Source: a virus (Duplodnaviria; Caudoviricetes). Taken from it: DNA of 36,718 bases. Position numbers and translations under genes: made by a program. The notes below the pieces were generated by a model that was not told where the DNA came from, made no database searches, and was given only the letters and a program-made list of their open reading frames with translations. Shown here one piece after another: positions 8,360 through 16,939 of the stretch. Location of the stretch: the IMG/VR virus record IMGVR_UViG_3300025018_000070, positions 1 through 36,718 of that record. One strand, given 5' to 3'. Numbering within the stretch: position 1 is the stretch's first letter; each line of letters begins with the position of its first letter.

Positions 8360-8796
8360 GCACCGCTAACACTACTCAAGTAGGTGGAACCCACTACAAG
8401 AACCCGTTCCAGCACTGGGACCTCGCCCACGAACTGGACCTTGGCTACTTCGAAGGCCAGATCAGCAAGTACATCACCCGGCACCGCTTCAAGAAGGGGC
8501 AGGAGGACGCTGAGAAGGCGCTGCACTTCTGCAAAAAGCTCATCGAACTGGCGCGCGACAACGGTCGGCTTCCTCGTCACCGTGGGGTTAGCTTCGCGCG
8601 CATGACGCAGTACGCTGAAGCCAACAAGCTCTTGCCCATCGAGTACGCCTGCATCAACTCGGTGTGTAACTGGCAGTTCATCGAAGACCTGCACATGTTA
8701 CAGGCACGCATAGAGCGCCTGATACACGAAGCGTACTCAACCCCGTACCCAGATGAAGGCAGCGAACCCAGTCATGGCTACGTGAACCAGGATTGA
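8356..8796 (+). CDS. DUF3310 (T7 gp1.7/SaV-like) protein, possible nucleotide kinase
   Basis: QVGGTHY...YFEGQISKYITRHRFKKGQEDAEKA signature. Confidence 0.85.
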   Translation: MSTANTTQVGGTHYKNPFQHWDLAHELDLGYFEGQISKYITRHRFKKGQEDAEKALHFCKKLIELARDNGRLPRHRGVSFARMTQYAEANKLLPIEYACINSVCNWQFIEDLHMLQARIERLIHEAYSTPYPDEGSEPSHGYVNQD

Positions 8797-8868
8797 ATAA
8801 CCCTACGTCTTGATAGGGTTTAACGAAAGGTCTTGGCGAAGTTCTTGAACGTACGAAAATACGTTCAC
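8793..8868 (+). promoter_or_regulatory. Putative early promoter, copy A
   Basis: TTGAATA.CCCTAC...AGGGT...GAAAGGTCTTGG...AGTTCTTGAA shared with 31756-31825. Confidence 0.6.
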
Positions 8869-8912
8869 TGAGAGGCATTCAGCAGCTCAGCAACCCTGAA
8901 AGGAACTTCGCC

Positions 8913-9275
8913 ATGACAACTAAACAAGCAATCCCCGTAGTCGCACCAGCAGCCGCTTCACACAAGCTGGCGCCCACCATCACCAGCAAGGCGAAAGCCA
9001 AGACCGTTGCAGCCGCTGACGGTCGCAAGCGTCCTATCGTTGCCATCAACGAAGAGGGTAAGTTGGTGGTGTGCTGCCGTCGTACCGCCAAGAAGAATGG
9101 CTGGGATATCCAGGAAGTTCTGTACGAACGCGCCAAGACCACGAAGCCAGAAGCCCCTGTTACGCCAGCACCAGTGCAGGAAGAACGCCGGGAGTCGGTC
9201 AAGAAAGCAGTGGCTAAGGTGAGTAAGGCTAAGAAGGTTGTTGACGCATCTCTGGACGAGCTGTTGGGCAAGTAA
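8913..9275 (+). CDS. Hypothetical basic protein (120 aa), paralog of 31861-32049
   Basis: GAAAGGA RBS; motif GKLVVCCRRTAKKNGWDI. Confidence 0.75.
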   Translation: MTTKQAIPVVAPAAASHKLAPTITSKAKAKTVAAADGRKRPIVAINEEGKLVVCCRRTAKKNGWDIQEVLYERAKTTKPEAPVTPAPVQEERRESVKKAVAKVSKAKKVVDASLDELLGK

Positions 9276-9277
9276 AC

Positions 9278-9315
9278 GAAAAGTCTTGCGAGCCTCTTCT
9301 GGGGTTCGTGACAAT
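9278..9315 (+). promoter_or_regulatory. Putative early promoter, copy C (shorter)
   Basis: GAAAAGTCTTGCGA-N18-GACAAT matches the GAAAnGTCTTG...GAmAwT consensus of copies A and B. Confidence 0.45.
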
Positions 9316-9340
9316 ACCGTATCATCAACTGGAGAACATC

Positions 9341-9589
9341 ATGTCCAAGACCAAGCACCTAGATACCGCCATCACCATATTCAAGGGCACCGAAGGCTCC
9401 AAGCGTGCCAAGCGTAAAGCCCAAGTGGAAATCATCGTAGAGGTTTACAACGACACGTATGGCGTCCAGATGAACGGTAAGCTGGTTGAAACTGGCGAAG
9501 GTTCCAGGGAATACGCCATGGATCGTGCTGAAGCCCGTGCTGCCCGTGTGCGTGCGTTGGGCAAGACCGTTGTCATTACCGTGTACTGA
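9341..9589 (+). CDS. Hypothetical protein (82 aa)
   Basis: GGAG RBS, ATG at 9341; last gene of the plus-strand block. Confidence 0.7.
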   Translation: MSKTKHLDTAITIFKGTEGSKRAKRKAQVEIIVEVYNDTYGVQMNGKLVETGEGSREYAMDRAEARAARVRALGKTVVITVY

Positions 9590-9591
9590 CT

Positions 9592-9696
9592 GCGAAGGGC
9601 AAAAACATCGTAAGGCGTGTTTTTAGCACCCTGCCTACCCTACCCCATAGCAAAAAGGCCCCAAGAGGGGCCTTTGACTTGGATACCAATGGTATC
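9592..9696. repeat. Composite intergenic element, copy 1
   Basis: GCGAAGGGCAAAAA-CATCGTA..GTTTTT, 21 nt, CATAG, GC hairpin, GATACC palindrome; same layout at 21321-21431. Confidence 0.7.
9652..9675. terminator. Rho-independent terminator between convergent blocks (likely bidirectional)
   Basis: AAAAAGGCCCC-AAGA-GGGGCCTTT. Confidence 0.8.
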
Positions 9697-10221
9697 TCAG
9701 GGTGTGGGGGTGCTTTGTGCCAGCAGCTCTGTCTTCCGGCCGGAGTCCCGTGTGGTGCCAAACCAGAAGGCCATGACCATGCCCCAAGCAGTGCTCAGGG
9801 AACCCAGCATCAGCAGCAGCGCCTGAGAGTCACTGACCTTGAGCAGCCCCACCATCATACCAATCAGGATACTGAAGTACCCCACTGTCACACCTACGGA
9901 TAGCATCGCTGGCACGGGGCTTGGCTTGGACACCTGCATGTTGCGCGCCGACGCACGGTCACCAGCAGCGATGGCTTCCATGTCAGCCACGTTCTTGAAT
10001 CCCAGCGTCTGCATCTGCAGGGCGAAGTCGTGGTCAGCCTTCTTGAGTGCCAGCATCTGCTCAGGCGTAACCCCGGACAGTGCAGCCTTCACAGCATCAA
10101 CCGTCTTGTCGTTCAGCCCCAGAGCGTTGGCAGCAGCCTCCACCGCCATGCCACCCAGAGGCCCCCCGAGCGCAGTACCAATCCACGGTGCGACCGTGCT
10201 TACCAGTGCTTTCCAATCCAT
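9697..10221 (-). CDS. Membrane protein of lysis cassette (3-TM holin-like)
   Basis: APWIGTALGGPLGG N-terminus; two C-terminal TMs ending AFWFG; TGATG coupling to endolysin; AGGAGG RBS. Confidence 0.65.
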   Translation of the reverse strand: MDWKALVSTVAPWIGTALGGPLGGMAVEAAANALGLNDKTVDAVKAALSGVTPEQMLALKKADHDFALQMQTLGFKNVADMEAIAAGDRASARNMQVSKPSPVPAMLSVGVTVGYFSILIGMMVGLLKVSDSQALLLMLGSLSTAWGMVMAFWFGTTRDSGRKTELLAQSTPTP

Positions 10222-10766
10222 CACAGACCTCCTACTCGGTTGAGTTGCCACCCGTATTCGAACGTTTCTTGGCTGACCTTGGCTTCGGCCAGCTCGATGT
10301 ACCGCACCGACTGCTGCGCGTTGAGCATGCGCACCAGCACCGTCTCGCCTGCTTTGCCTCGTGCTGCCAAGAACGCCTTGAGCGCTGCGAGGGTCATGTT
10401 GCCTACTGCCCCATCCACCGCGATGTTGGGGTACGCCTTGTCCCCTTGGTTCAGCACGTTCAGCGCACGCTGCAGGAACTTGCCAGCAACGGAAGGCCCC
10501 ATGTTGACTCCCGTGTCCAGCATCTCCTCTGCTACAGGTTCGCTGAGTGTACTGATATCGTTGAATCGTGGTGCGTGCCAGTAGCGTTGAGCGTAGATAT
10601 CACGTGCCGTTTGTTGAGACATGTCCTTCATTGGCCCCGTGTATCCGAAGGCTCGAGCCACTGCAACGGTGATACCCCACATAGTCTCACCTCCTGCATC
10701 GACAGGATTATTGGAGTACCTGCCTTCCCGCTTGATGAGTTCTGAGATTGTGTCGGTGATATTCAT
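10221..10766 (-). CDS. Endolysin, glycoside hydrolase family 108 with peptidoglycan-binding domain
   Basis: EGRYSNNPVDAGGETMWGIT; DTGVNMG; LQRALN...VDGAVG..T; FEYGW. Confidence 0.92.
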   Translation of the reverse strand: MNITDTISELIKREGRYSNNPVDAGGETMWGITVAVARAFGYTGPMKDMSQQTARDIYAQRYWHAPRFNDISTLSEPVAEEMLDTGVNMGPSVAGKFLQRALNVLNQGDKAYPNIAVDGAVGNMTLAALKAFLAARGKAGETVLVRMLNAQQSVRYIELAEAKVSQETFEYGWQLNRVGGL

Positions 10767-11056
10767 GCGCCCCCCTTGTGGTGGATGTTGCACGAGTCCC
10801 GATCCACCTTGCCATCGAGCTTCGATTCGATCTTATCCAGTTTAGCGAACAGGGCTGTAACCATCTTGTCCATATCCTGTCGTGTTACATAAGTCCCGGC
10901 TACCAACACTTCGATAGACTGTACCTTGGTCGTGATCGCTATGTCAGACGCTTGGAGTGATTTGAGACTGTCCTTTAGGTTGTTCAAAATCCAACCGCCT
11001 AAGCCACCAAATATCAGAATAGCGACGTTGAAGTATGTCTGTGATTCTGCGGGCAT
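10763..11056 (-). CDS. Holin/antiholin-like single-TM protein
   Basis: N-terminal TM plus coiled coil, directly upstream of endolysin; AAGGA RBS. Confidence 0.55.
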   Translation of the reverse strand: MPAESQTYFNVAILIFGGLGGWILNNLKDSLKSLQASDIAITTKVQSIEVLVAGTYVTRQDMDKMVTALFAKLDKIESKLDGKVDRDSCNIHHKGGA

Positions 11057-11081
11057 GTACTTCCTTAAAAGTTAGGTTGAG

Positions 11082-12851
11082 TTAGACGCTAAAAACGGGA
11101 AGTTTTTTAGTCACACCAGCGACCTTGACCAGCACATACCCATCCGCTGCTCCTGCGAACGCGGATGCAGTTGAAAAATCAACTCGTGCAGCACTGCCAA
11201 GGACTATATCGTCGTTGTGCGTTGTTACGTCCTCGAAAGTAACCGACGAATGCGCTTGAACCGAACTGCATATCGTGCGTTGCTTGGTGGCGAGGGCCAA
11301 CGTGTTGCAATACGTGAACACATCAAGCAATGTCCCTTGGATCACGTCAGCCGATGGTGTGCTGGTCACTTTGATTTTTGAATCATTGCGGAACGAAGAA
11401 AGCGTTTTCAGTATTGCGTTGGCTGTTGGGAAGGAGCTGACGTCCACATCTATATCAACACCCGTTATGTAGTTGGTGCCCGTTGAGATTCTCACGTCCA
11501 ACACGTTCGTCGCAGTGTTGTGAAAGCGTCCTTTGAGCGCGATACCGTAGCTCGGGTCATTGGTGTTGGGATTTGGTAGCAGGTTATCTGCCGACCCAAT
11601 GATGCATACCGCCTGAACATTACCGAACATCTCGAAATTGTTGATTTTGATGTTGTTGCCAACACCGCGAAACAACGCACCAATGGTGTAGCCAAGGTCG
11701 TTATAAACGGTCAAGTTGTTGATGGCAACGTTACGTCCCCGACGTGATACGACCACACCGCCATCTGCGTCACCAGCGACTCCTGAACCAGAGTACAGAG
11801 TCGTGTCTGTAGTGCGGCCACAGTTTCGTGCGATCACCGTACCGATCGTCGCTGTTGAGTTCGTGGCCAACACAGGAGGAACGGTTGAATTCGTGTTTGT
11901 ACCGTCGCCGTAGATACTGATCGCTTCTTGGCAATTCTCTGCGTACAGTACGTCTATCACCATACCAACTACCGGACCGAGTGAGGCGCTACCATTTAGA
12001 TCCGCACCAGTCGTACAGTCAAAAGCTTTTGCATTGATGAAGGTAGCACTGGTCACGTTTTTCTGGATTGTGTACCCCCGTCCACCGCCAGTTGCTGAGC
12101 TACGCAGGCAGTTTCGGGCAATGGGGTTGATGACACGAATGTTTTTTGCTGCTGACAGAGCACTGCTCGTGTCAAAGCCAAACCCATTGAGTCCCCGGAT
12201 ATTAGCACCGTCTACCTCTGGGTTTAACACCGTGATGTTCTGTGCCGAGGCCACGCATCCAAGGATATGTGGTCCCGTTGATAAAGCGGTAATCTTCGCG
12301 CCATGGCGAAACTCAAGTGTCGTGTTGCTGGGTATAAGTAGTGGTGGTGGATTGATGGCGACATTACCATTGATAACCAAGTGCGAGTATTGAGCCAGCG
12401 CTGCATTGAGTAACCCGAGTTGATTGACTGTGTTACTCGCTATGCCCCCCACGTCTTCAAAGGACTTGATCTCCCGAAGTTTTTCCCGTGCTGTGCGAGT
12501 GACTGCACCTACTCCTGTCTGTACGAACCCAACCGACTCAGTACCAGAAGGTCCTGCAATCTCGACCCGTAACTGGTCGGCAGCGTCGATGATGTTGTCT
12601 ACCGACCAGAGGGTTCCGTCCGAAGCATCCTTCAGAACTACTTTATATGCACCACCAGACCAGAAGATTGTGGCTTCCCCTCGAGCATCTAGGATAATCG
12701 GGTTCGTATTAGGTACGGTGCCTGCTGCGTCCTGGTACGTGACTCGAGGGGTGCTGGTGCCAGCGTCGTAGGTAAAAACCTTGCCACCTACGAGAGGGAC
12801 ACCAGCGCTGTTGTTGAAACTCTGTTTGCCTTCGGGCAGTAGTGCGGCCAT
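11082..12851 (-). CDS. Tailspike / receptor-binding protein (particle-binding N-domain plus beta-helix)
   Basis: N-terminal GVPLVGGKVFTYDAGT...NTNPIILDARG; GAVTRTAREKLRE linker; Asn/Gly/Thr-rich beta-helix-like body. Confidence 0.85.
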   Translation of the reverse strand: MAALLPEGKQSFNNSAGVPLVGGKVFTYDAGTSTPRVTYQDAAGTVPNTNPIILDARGEATIFWSGGAYKVVLKDASDGTLWSVDNIIDAADQLRVEIAGPSGTESVGFVQTGVGAVTRTAREKLREIKSFEDVGGIASNTVNQLGLLNAALAQYSHLVINGNVAINPPPLLIPSNTTLEFRHGAKITALSTGPHILGCVASAQNITVLNPEVDGANIRGLNGFGFDTSSALSAAKNIRVINPIARNCLRSSATGGGRGYTIQKNVTSATFINAKAFDCTTGADLNGSASLGPVVGMVIDVLYAENCQEAISIYGDGTNTNSTVPPVLATNSTATIGTVIARNCGRTTDTTLYSGSGVAGDADGGVVVSRRGRNVAINNLTVYNDLGYTIGALFRGVGNNIKINNFEMFGNVQAVCIIGSADNLLPNPNTNDPSYGIALKGRFHNTATNVLDVRISTGTNYITGVDIDVDVSSFPTANAILKTLSSFRNDSKIKVTSTPSADVIQGTLLDVFTYCNTLALATKQRTICSSVQAHSSVTFEDVTTHNDDIVLGSAARVDFSTASAFAGAADGYVLVKVAGVTKKLPVFSV

Positions 12852-12880
12852 ATATCTGAACTCCTGTTAAAAATATTCCG

Positions 12881-13042
12881 ATGAGTATGTTACTAGCCAT
12901 CTTCCTAAAACCGTTTATTGCAGTTGCAATTCTCGTCCCAATACGTGTATCGGTCGAGGTATTGCGCAGACGCATGCCAAATAGCAAAATCAAACGACTG
13001 CTGTTCTTACCGTTGTCCCGCGAGCGCAGCAGCCGGGATTGA
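12881..13042 (+). CDS. 53-aa antisense membrane-anchored basic peptide
   Basis: MSMLLAIFLKPFIAVAILVPIRVSVEVLRRRMPNSKIKRLLFLPLSRERSSRD fills the gap between tailspike and ejection gene; no obvious SD. Confidence 0.55.
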   Translation: MSMLLAIFLKPFIAVAILVPIRVSVEVLRRRMPNSKIKRLLFLPLSRERSSRD

Positions 13043-14812
13043 GGCTTTCATAGCCTGTTCCAAATACGGGATAGCGTCACGCACGGATTGTGGTAACGTC
13101 TGTGGTGCAGTGTGAGCAGCTTGCAGAGCAGCACGAGCCTTGGTAGGATCGAGTAACAAATCAGCCAGCACTGCCTGAATCTTGGGTTCCGCCACACCGT
13201 TGTACGCGAACTGAATCGGGCGCATAGCGGTATTCAGCATCGTGGATTCAGCCCACGATTGAGGCAATCCTGTAGGCCCGAGGAGCTGGCGCAACACGTT
13301 CTGAGAAGCCAGACGCTGTGCCGTTGCACTGCCTGGACCATTCGCAGCACGAGCCACAGCAGCACCCTTATCCAACTCCTGCCCTACTGCCATCACTTTG
13401 GAGAACTGGTCCGGGTCAAGCACCTCGGAGAGCTTGCCAAGGTCACGTCCCGTAGCGCCCTTCACCGTTGCTTCTTCGTTCTTCAGCAGACTGACGAACT
13501 TGTCAGGCATCAGGCGAGGCGTGCCCCCCAGATCGCTCGTGGCGCTGGTGCCCTTGCGTAACAGCGCATCAGCCACGTCCATCTGGTTCAGCGGTTTGCT
13601 CATCTCAGCGTAGGTCATGCGAGCGTCACCGTAGTCAGGAGCCATACGCTCGATGAACTTGACAAGGCGGTCACGTGCCGTCTTGATAGACATTGCCTTG
13701 TTGACCGCAACGGCTGAGCCCCCCTTGCTGGCAGAGGTGATAGCGTCATCCATGGCCAGCTTGGTCAGGTGCAAACCTTCGATGCTCCCGTTGGGGTTGC
13801 CGATGTTCAGGCTGTTGTTACCAGCGATTTCTTTCGCAGCTTTGATGGCGTCCTTGATGGCTGGCACTTGCATCAACTTCGTGACCTCGCCGCGTTCTGC
13901 TGCAGACATGGATTTCATGTCCATCTTGGTAGCGAACGCCTTGCCATACTGTTCCTTCGCTGTGCCGTTGCGCATGGCTTCAGCGAAGTCACGTGCGCCA
14001 CCTTCACCAGACAGTTCACGCAAGGTGCCCACTCGAGCAGCGTTGTTCTCTACTTCACGAGCAACGAACTTATTGGCGATCTCTGGGTCAAGGCTTCGTA
14101 CCGAGTCCTGCAGGCGAGCAGCACCAGCAGCCCCTTCCGGCCGGACTATCCGTTCTGCCATCGTTGGGACAGCCCCTGTGACAGTAGGTGCGTTGCTGAC
14201 GCCTGCAAGGTCACCCGCTTGAACACCAAATCGGTCCAGGGTACGTCCGGCAATGGCCTGTCTACCCTTGTCTGTAAAGGGCTCCACCAGCGCCTTGGCA
14301 CCATTGGCACCAGCAGCCAGCACCCGACCTGCCACCACGCCACCAGCACCAGCAGTAGCGCCGACAGCAACGTTCTTCAGCCGGGACTCATCACGGGCAA
14401 CAGGCTGGATAAGCCCCATACCAGCACCCGTCAGGGCAGCACCAGCAAGCCCCTGAGCACCGGGTATGAACACCGTTGGTAGAGCAGCCGCTACGTTGCC
14501 TGTGGCATTACCCACGGTGCCCGCAGTGGTGCGCATCAACGGAGCGTCCAGCCGCTTGGCTTCGTCGACTTCTTCCTGGGATACGAGGCCCACCATCTGA
14601 CCTACACCGCGACCCAGATCAGCGAACGCCTTGCCCGTGCCTGCGAGGAACTTGTCCGTGGTGCTCATGCCCTCTGTGGGGTCGTAGGTCTCAGCAGGAG
14701 CAGCCTGAGCAGGCAGGGTCTTCAGGTACGCACCGAGCTTGCGCACCGAGGCCGAATCGCCTGCCTTGTCCGCAGCGCGGATAGCCTGAATGATTTCGTC
14801 TTGGGTAGCCAT
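13007..14812 (-). CDS. DNA ejection (transfer) protein, P22 gp16 position
   Basis: Large Ala/Gly-rich helical protein; third of three genes before tailspike. Confidence 0.7.
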   Translation of the reverse strand: MATQDEIIQAIRAADKAGDSASVRKLGAYLKTLPAQAAPAETYDPTEGMSTTDKFLAGTGKAFADLGRGVGQMVGLVSQEEVDEAKRLDAPLMRTTAGTVGNATGNVAAALPTVFIPGAQGLAGAALTGAGMGLIQPVARDESRLKNVAVGATAGAGGVVAGRVLAAGANGAKALVEPFTDKGRQAIAGRTLDRFGVQAGDLAGVSNAPTVTGAVPTMAERIVRPEGAAGAARLQDSVRSLDPEIANKFVAREVENNAARVGTLRELSGEGGARDFAEAMRNGTAKEQYGKAFATKMDMKSMSAAERGEVTKLMQVPAIKDAIKAAKEIAGNNSLNIGNPNGSIEGLHLTKLAMDDAITSASKGGSAVAVNKAMSIKTARDRLVKFIERMAPDYGDARMTYAEMSKPLNQMDVADALLRKGTSATSDLGGTPRLMPDKFVSLLKNEEATVKGATGRDLGKLSEVLDPDQFSKVMAVGQELDKGAAVARAANGPGSATAQRLASQNVLRQLLGPTGLPQSWAESTMLNTAMRPIQFAYNGVAEPKIQAVLADLLLDPTKARAALQAAHTAPQTLPQSVRDAIPYLEQAMKASIPAAALAGQR

Positions 14813-16197
14813 CACTTGCCTCCATGTTTCTTGAGAATGGCTGCGATGTCGTCTGGCACGCCAGAGGCATCAGCCGCACCGGGTTCGAGAGAGTTGCGCT
14901 GCTTGGCAGGCACTTCAGCCAGGATGCCCTTCGTCGCGAGCTGCCTGTTCTGGCTCTTCTGCTGGATGACCGCCTGTGAATCACCCACGGCTGGAAAGTA
15001 CTGCTTCCGAGCGTTCTCGAACTCCGACTCGGCGATAGCAGCACCAGACTCACGACGCAACACGGCGTTGATGAAGTCACGTTGCGCCTGCTCGACCTTC
15101 TGTTGTTGTGGTGAAGACATGTTGTTGGCAGCAGCACCAGCAGCTCCGCCCACCAGAGGGATGCGCTCGACGACGTTTTTCATAACCGAAGGACGCACCG
15201 TGCCTTGGAGCGCCATGTCACCCAGCACCTTCTCAGCCGCTTGCATGCGGGAACCGAACAGTAGGGCCTTGGACTGCACGTCGTTCAGACCCACGTTCTT
15301 GCCTTGCACCTGAGCACCGTTCAGCGTAGCAGCAGGACGAGCCAGACCTGTACCCTTGTCGATGAGCATGAACCCATCAGGGCCTTCCACGACTTGCGTG
15401 CGTGCCGAAGTCTGCGCGATACCGTTCGCGTCCAGTGCCCGTGCGTTGACAAGGTTCTGACCACGTACGGACGTAGCGTTGCTCTGGTCCTGGCCTGGAG
15501 TGGTCTGCATCTTGATGGGTGCAGGACCCTGAGGGTTTGTGTACGGGTTCGTGTCAACGAACTGCGTGGTCTTGCCATCGTTGACCTCGGTGCGCTTGGG
15601 TGCCATCATCTCCATGCGCTTGCCAGCTTCCATGACCTCCATACCTTTCTGCACGAGGTACTGACGCAGACGCACGGGGTCTCCGGGCAACTCGCGGATA
15701 GCCTGTTGCCCCTGCTCTGGGGTTACGATTCCTCGGTTCACCAGACCCACCATCGTCTGGATGACTTCACCGTGCGTAGTGTTGGGGTTAGCCAACAGCG
15801 AGCTGAGGGCAGCACCAGATGCTTCGATCTTGCTCTTGGCTACCTTCCACTCCAATTCACCTGTCTGAACACCCGTGTGCTTGACGTCTGCCGTTGCTTT
15901 ATCCGCTTCAGCGAACTGCTTCTGCATGGTTGGAATCTTCGCCCCCAGACCACGCTCAGCAGCAGCAGTGAACATGCCCTGACGATTGATAGTACCGTCT
16001 GGCCCGACGTTACCCTTGTACAGATCAGCCAGCGTGCGCTCCTGGTCCTGGGTCTGTCGAGCTTGCTGGATTTGCATCTGCTGGAGCTCTTGCTGGCCTG
16101 CGAGCTGGCGCAACGTGGCGACCTTGCCTTGTACGTCGATGGGGTTGTCCAGTTGGAACTGGCGACCCGACATCGCGATTGACGAATTTACTGGCAT
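14812..16197 (-). CDS. DNA ejection protein, P22 gp20 position
   Basis: Gln/Ala-rich; C-terminal FINAVLRRESGAAIAESE; position in module. Confidence 0.7.
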   Translation of the reverse strand: MPVNSSIAMSGRQFQLDNPIDVQGKVATLRQLAGQQELQQMQIQQARQTQDQERTLADLYKGNVGPDGTINRQGMFTAAAERGLGAKIPTMQKQFAEADKATADVKHTGVQTGELEWKVAKSKIEASGAALSSLLANPNTTHGEVIQTMVGLVNRGIVTPEQGQQAIRELPGDPVRLRQYLVQKGMEVMEAGKRMEMMAPKRTEVNDGKTTQFVDTNPYTNPQGPAPIKMQTTPGQDQSNATSVRGQNLVNARALDANGIAQTSARTQVVEGPDGFMLIDKGTGLARPAATLNGAQVQGKNVGLNDVQSKALLFGSRMQAAEKVLGDMALQGTVRPSVMKNVVERIPLVGGAAGAAANNMSSPQQQKVEQAQRDFINAVLRRESGAAIAESEFENARKQYFPAVGDSQAVIQQKSQNRQLATKGILAEVPAKQRNSLEPGAADASGVPDDIAAILKKHGGK

Positions 16198-16210
16198 GTT
16201 GTGTTTCCTT

Positions 16211-16939
16211 TCAACCGTAGAACGATGTACCGTCTGTCAACTGTACGCTGTTGCTCTGCGCTGGCCTGAACGCATAGGGGTTCGTGCCTTGGTTCATGTA
16301 CTGGCTGTTCATGGCGAAGTTACCGAGGGTGTTGGCTGCACCGCTCATCGCGTTGCCCTGCCCGATGTACCCACTGGCACGAGCGTTACCAGCGCCGATC
16401 TGGTTCTCTGCGATGCTGGATGCCACTTGCGCACCTTGCGAACCTACCTGATTCGTAGCGGTCTGGCCTGTACCAGCGATAGAAGACAGACGGTTGAACC
16501 GTGCTGTGCGGTCAGCGTTAAATCGGTTGTAGGCGTTCTGGTATTCACCGGAAGCGTAGTCCTGGCTGTACCGTTCAGATGCTTTGATTGCAGCGCCACT
16601 CAGAGCGCCACCACGAGCAGCCGCGCTCGAATCCAACCCTCGTTGGCCCTGTTGCATGCGAAAGTCGTAGCCGGGGTCTTTGGTAAAGTCGGCCAGCGTG
16701 AAATCACGGTTGAAGTCACCGCCTGCTGCTGTGCCTGCACTGAGCTGACCCAACGCAGAAACACCAGCTTCACGCCACGGTTCCTGGTCTTTCCGGTTCT
16801 GCTCGAACATCCGGAGCTGTGTGGCATTGGCTTCTTGAGATGATTGAACCTGTGCGTCTGCAGCGTCCCCAGCAGCGTTGGACGACATTACCCCACCGAT
16901 GATCGCAGACCCTACGATAGCTGTTGCAATTCCGCTCAT
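16211..16939 (-). CDS. DNA ejection protein, P22 gp7-like
   Basis: Hydrophobic N-terminus; DPGYDFRMQQG...SAAARGGALSG motif. Confidence 0.8.
   Translation of the reverse strand: MSGIATAIVGSAIIGGVMSSNAAGDAADAQVQSSQEANATQLRMFEQNRKDQEPWREAGVSALGQLSAGTAAGGDFNRDFTLADFTKDPGYDFRMQQGQRGLDSSAAARGGALSGAAIKASERYSQDYASGEYQNAYNRFNADRTARFNRLSSIAGTGQTATNQVGSQGAQVASSIAENQIGAGNARASGYIGQGNAMSGAANTLGNFAMNSQYMNQGTNPYAFRPAQSNSVQLTDGTSFYG

Noticed and set aside
9697-11056. Rz/Rz1 spanin genes in the lysis cassette
   Set aside because: No ORF with a convincing lipobox and spanin layout could be supported
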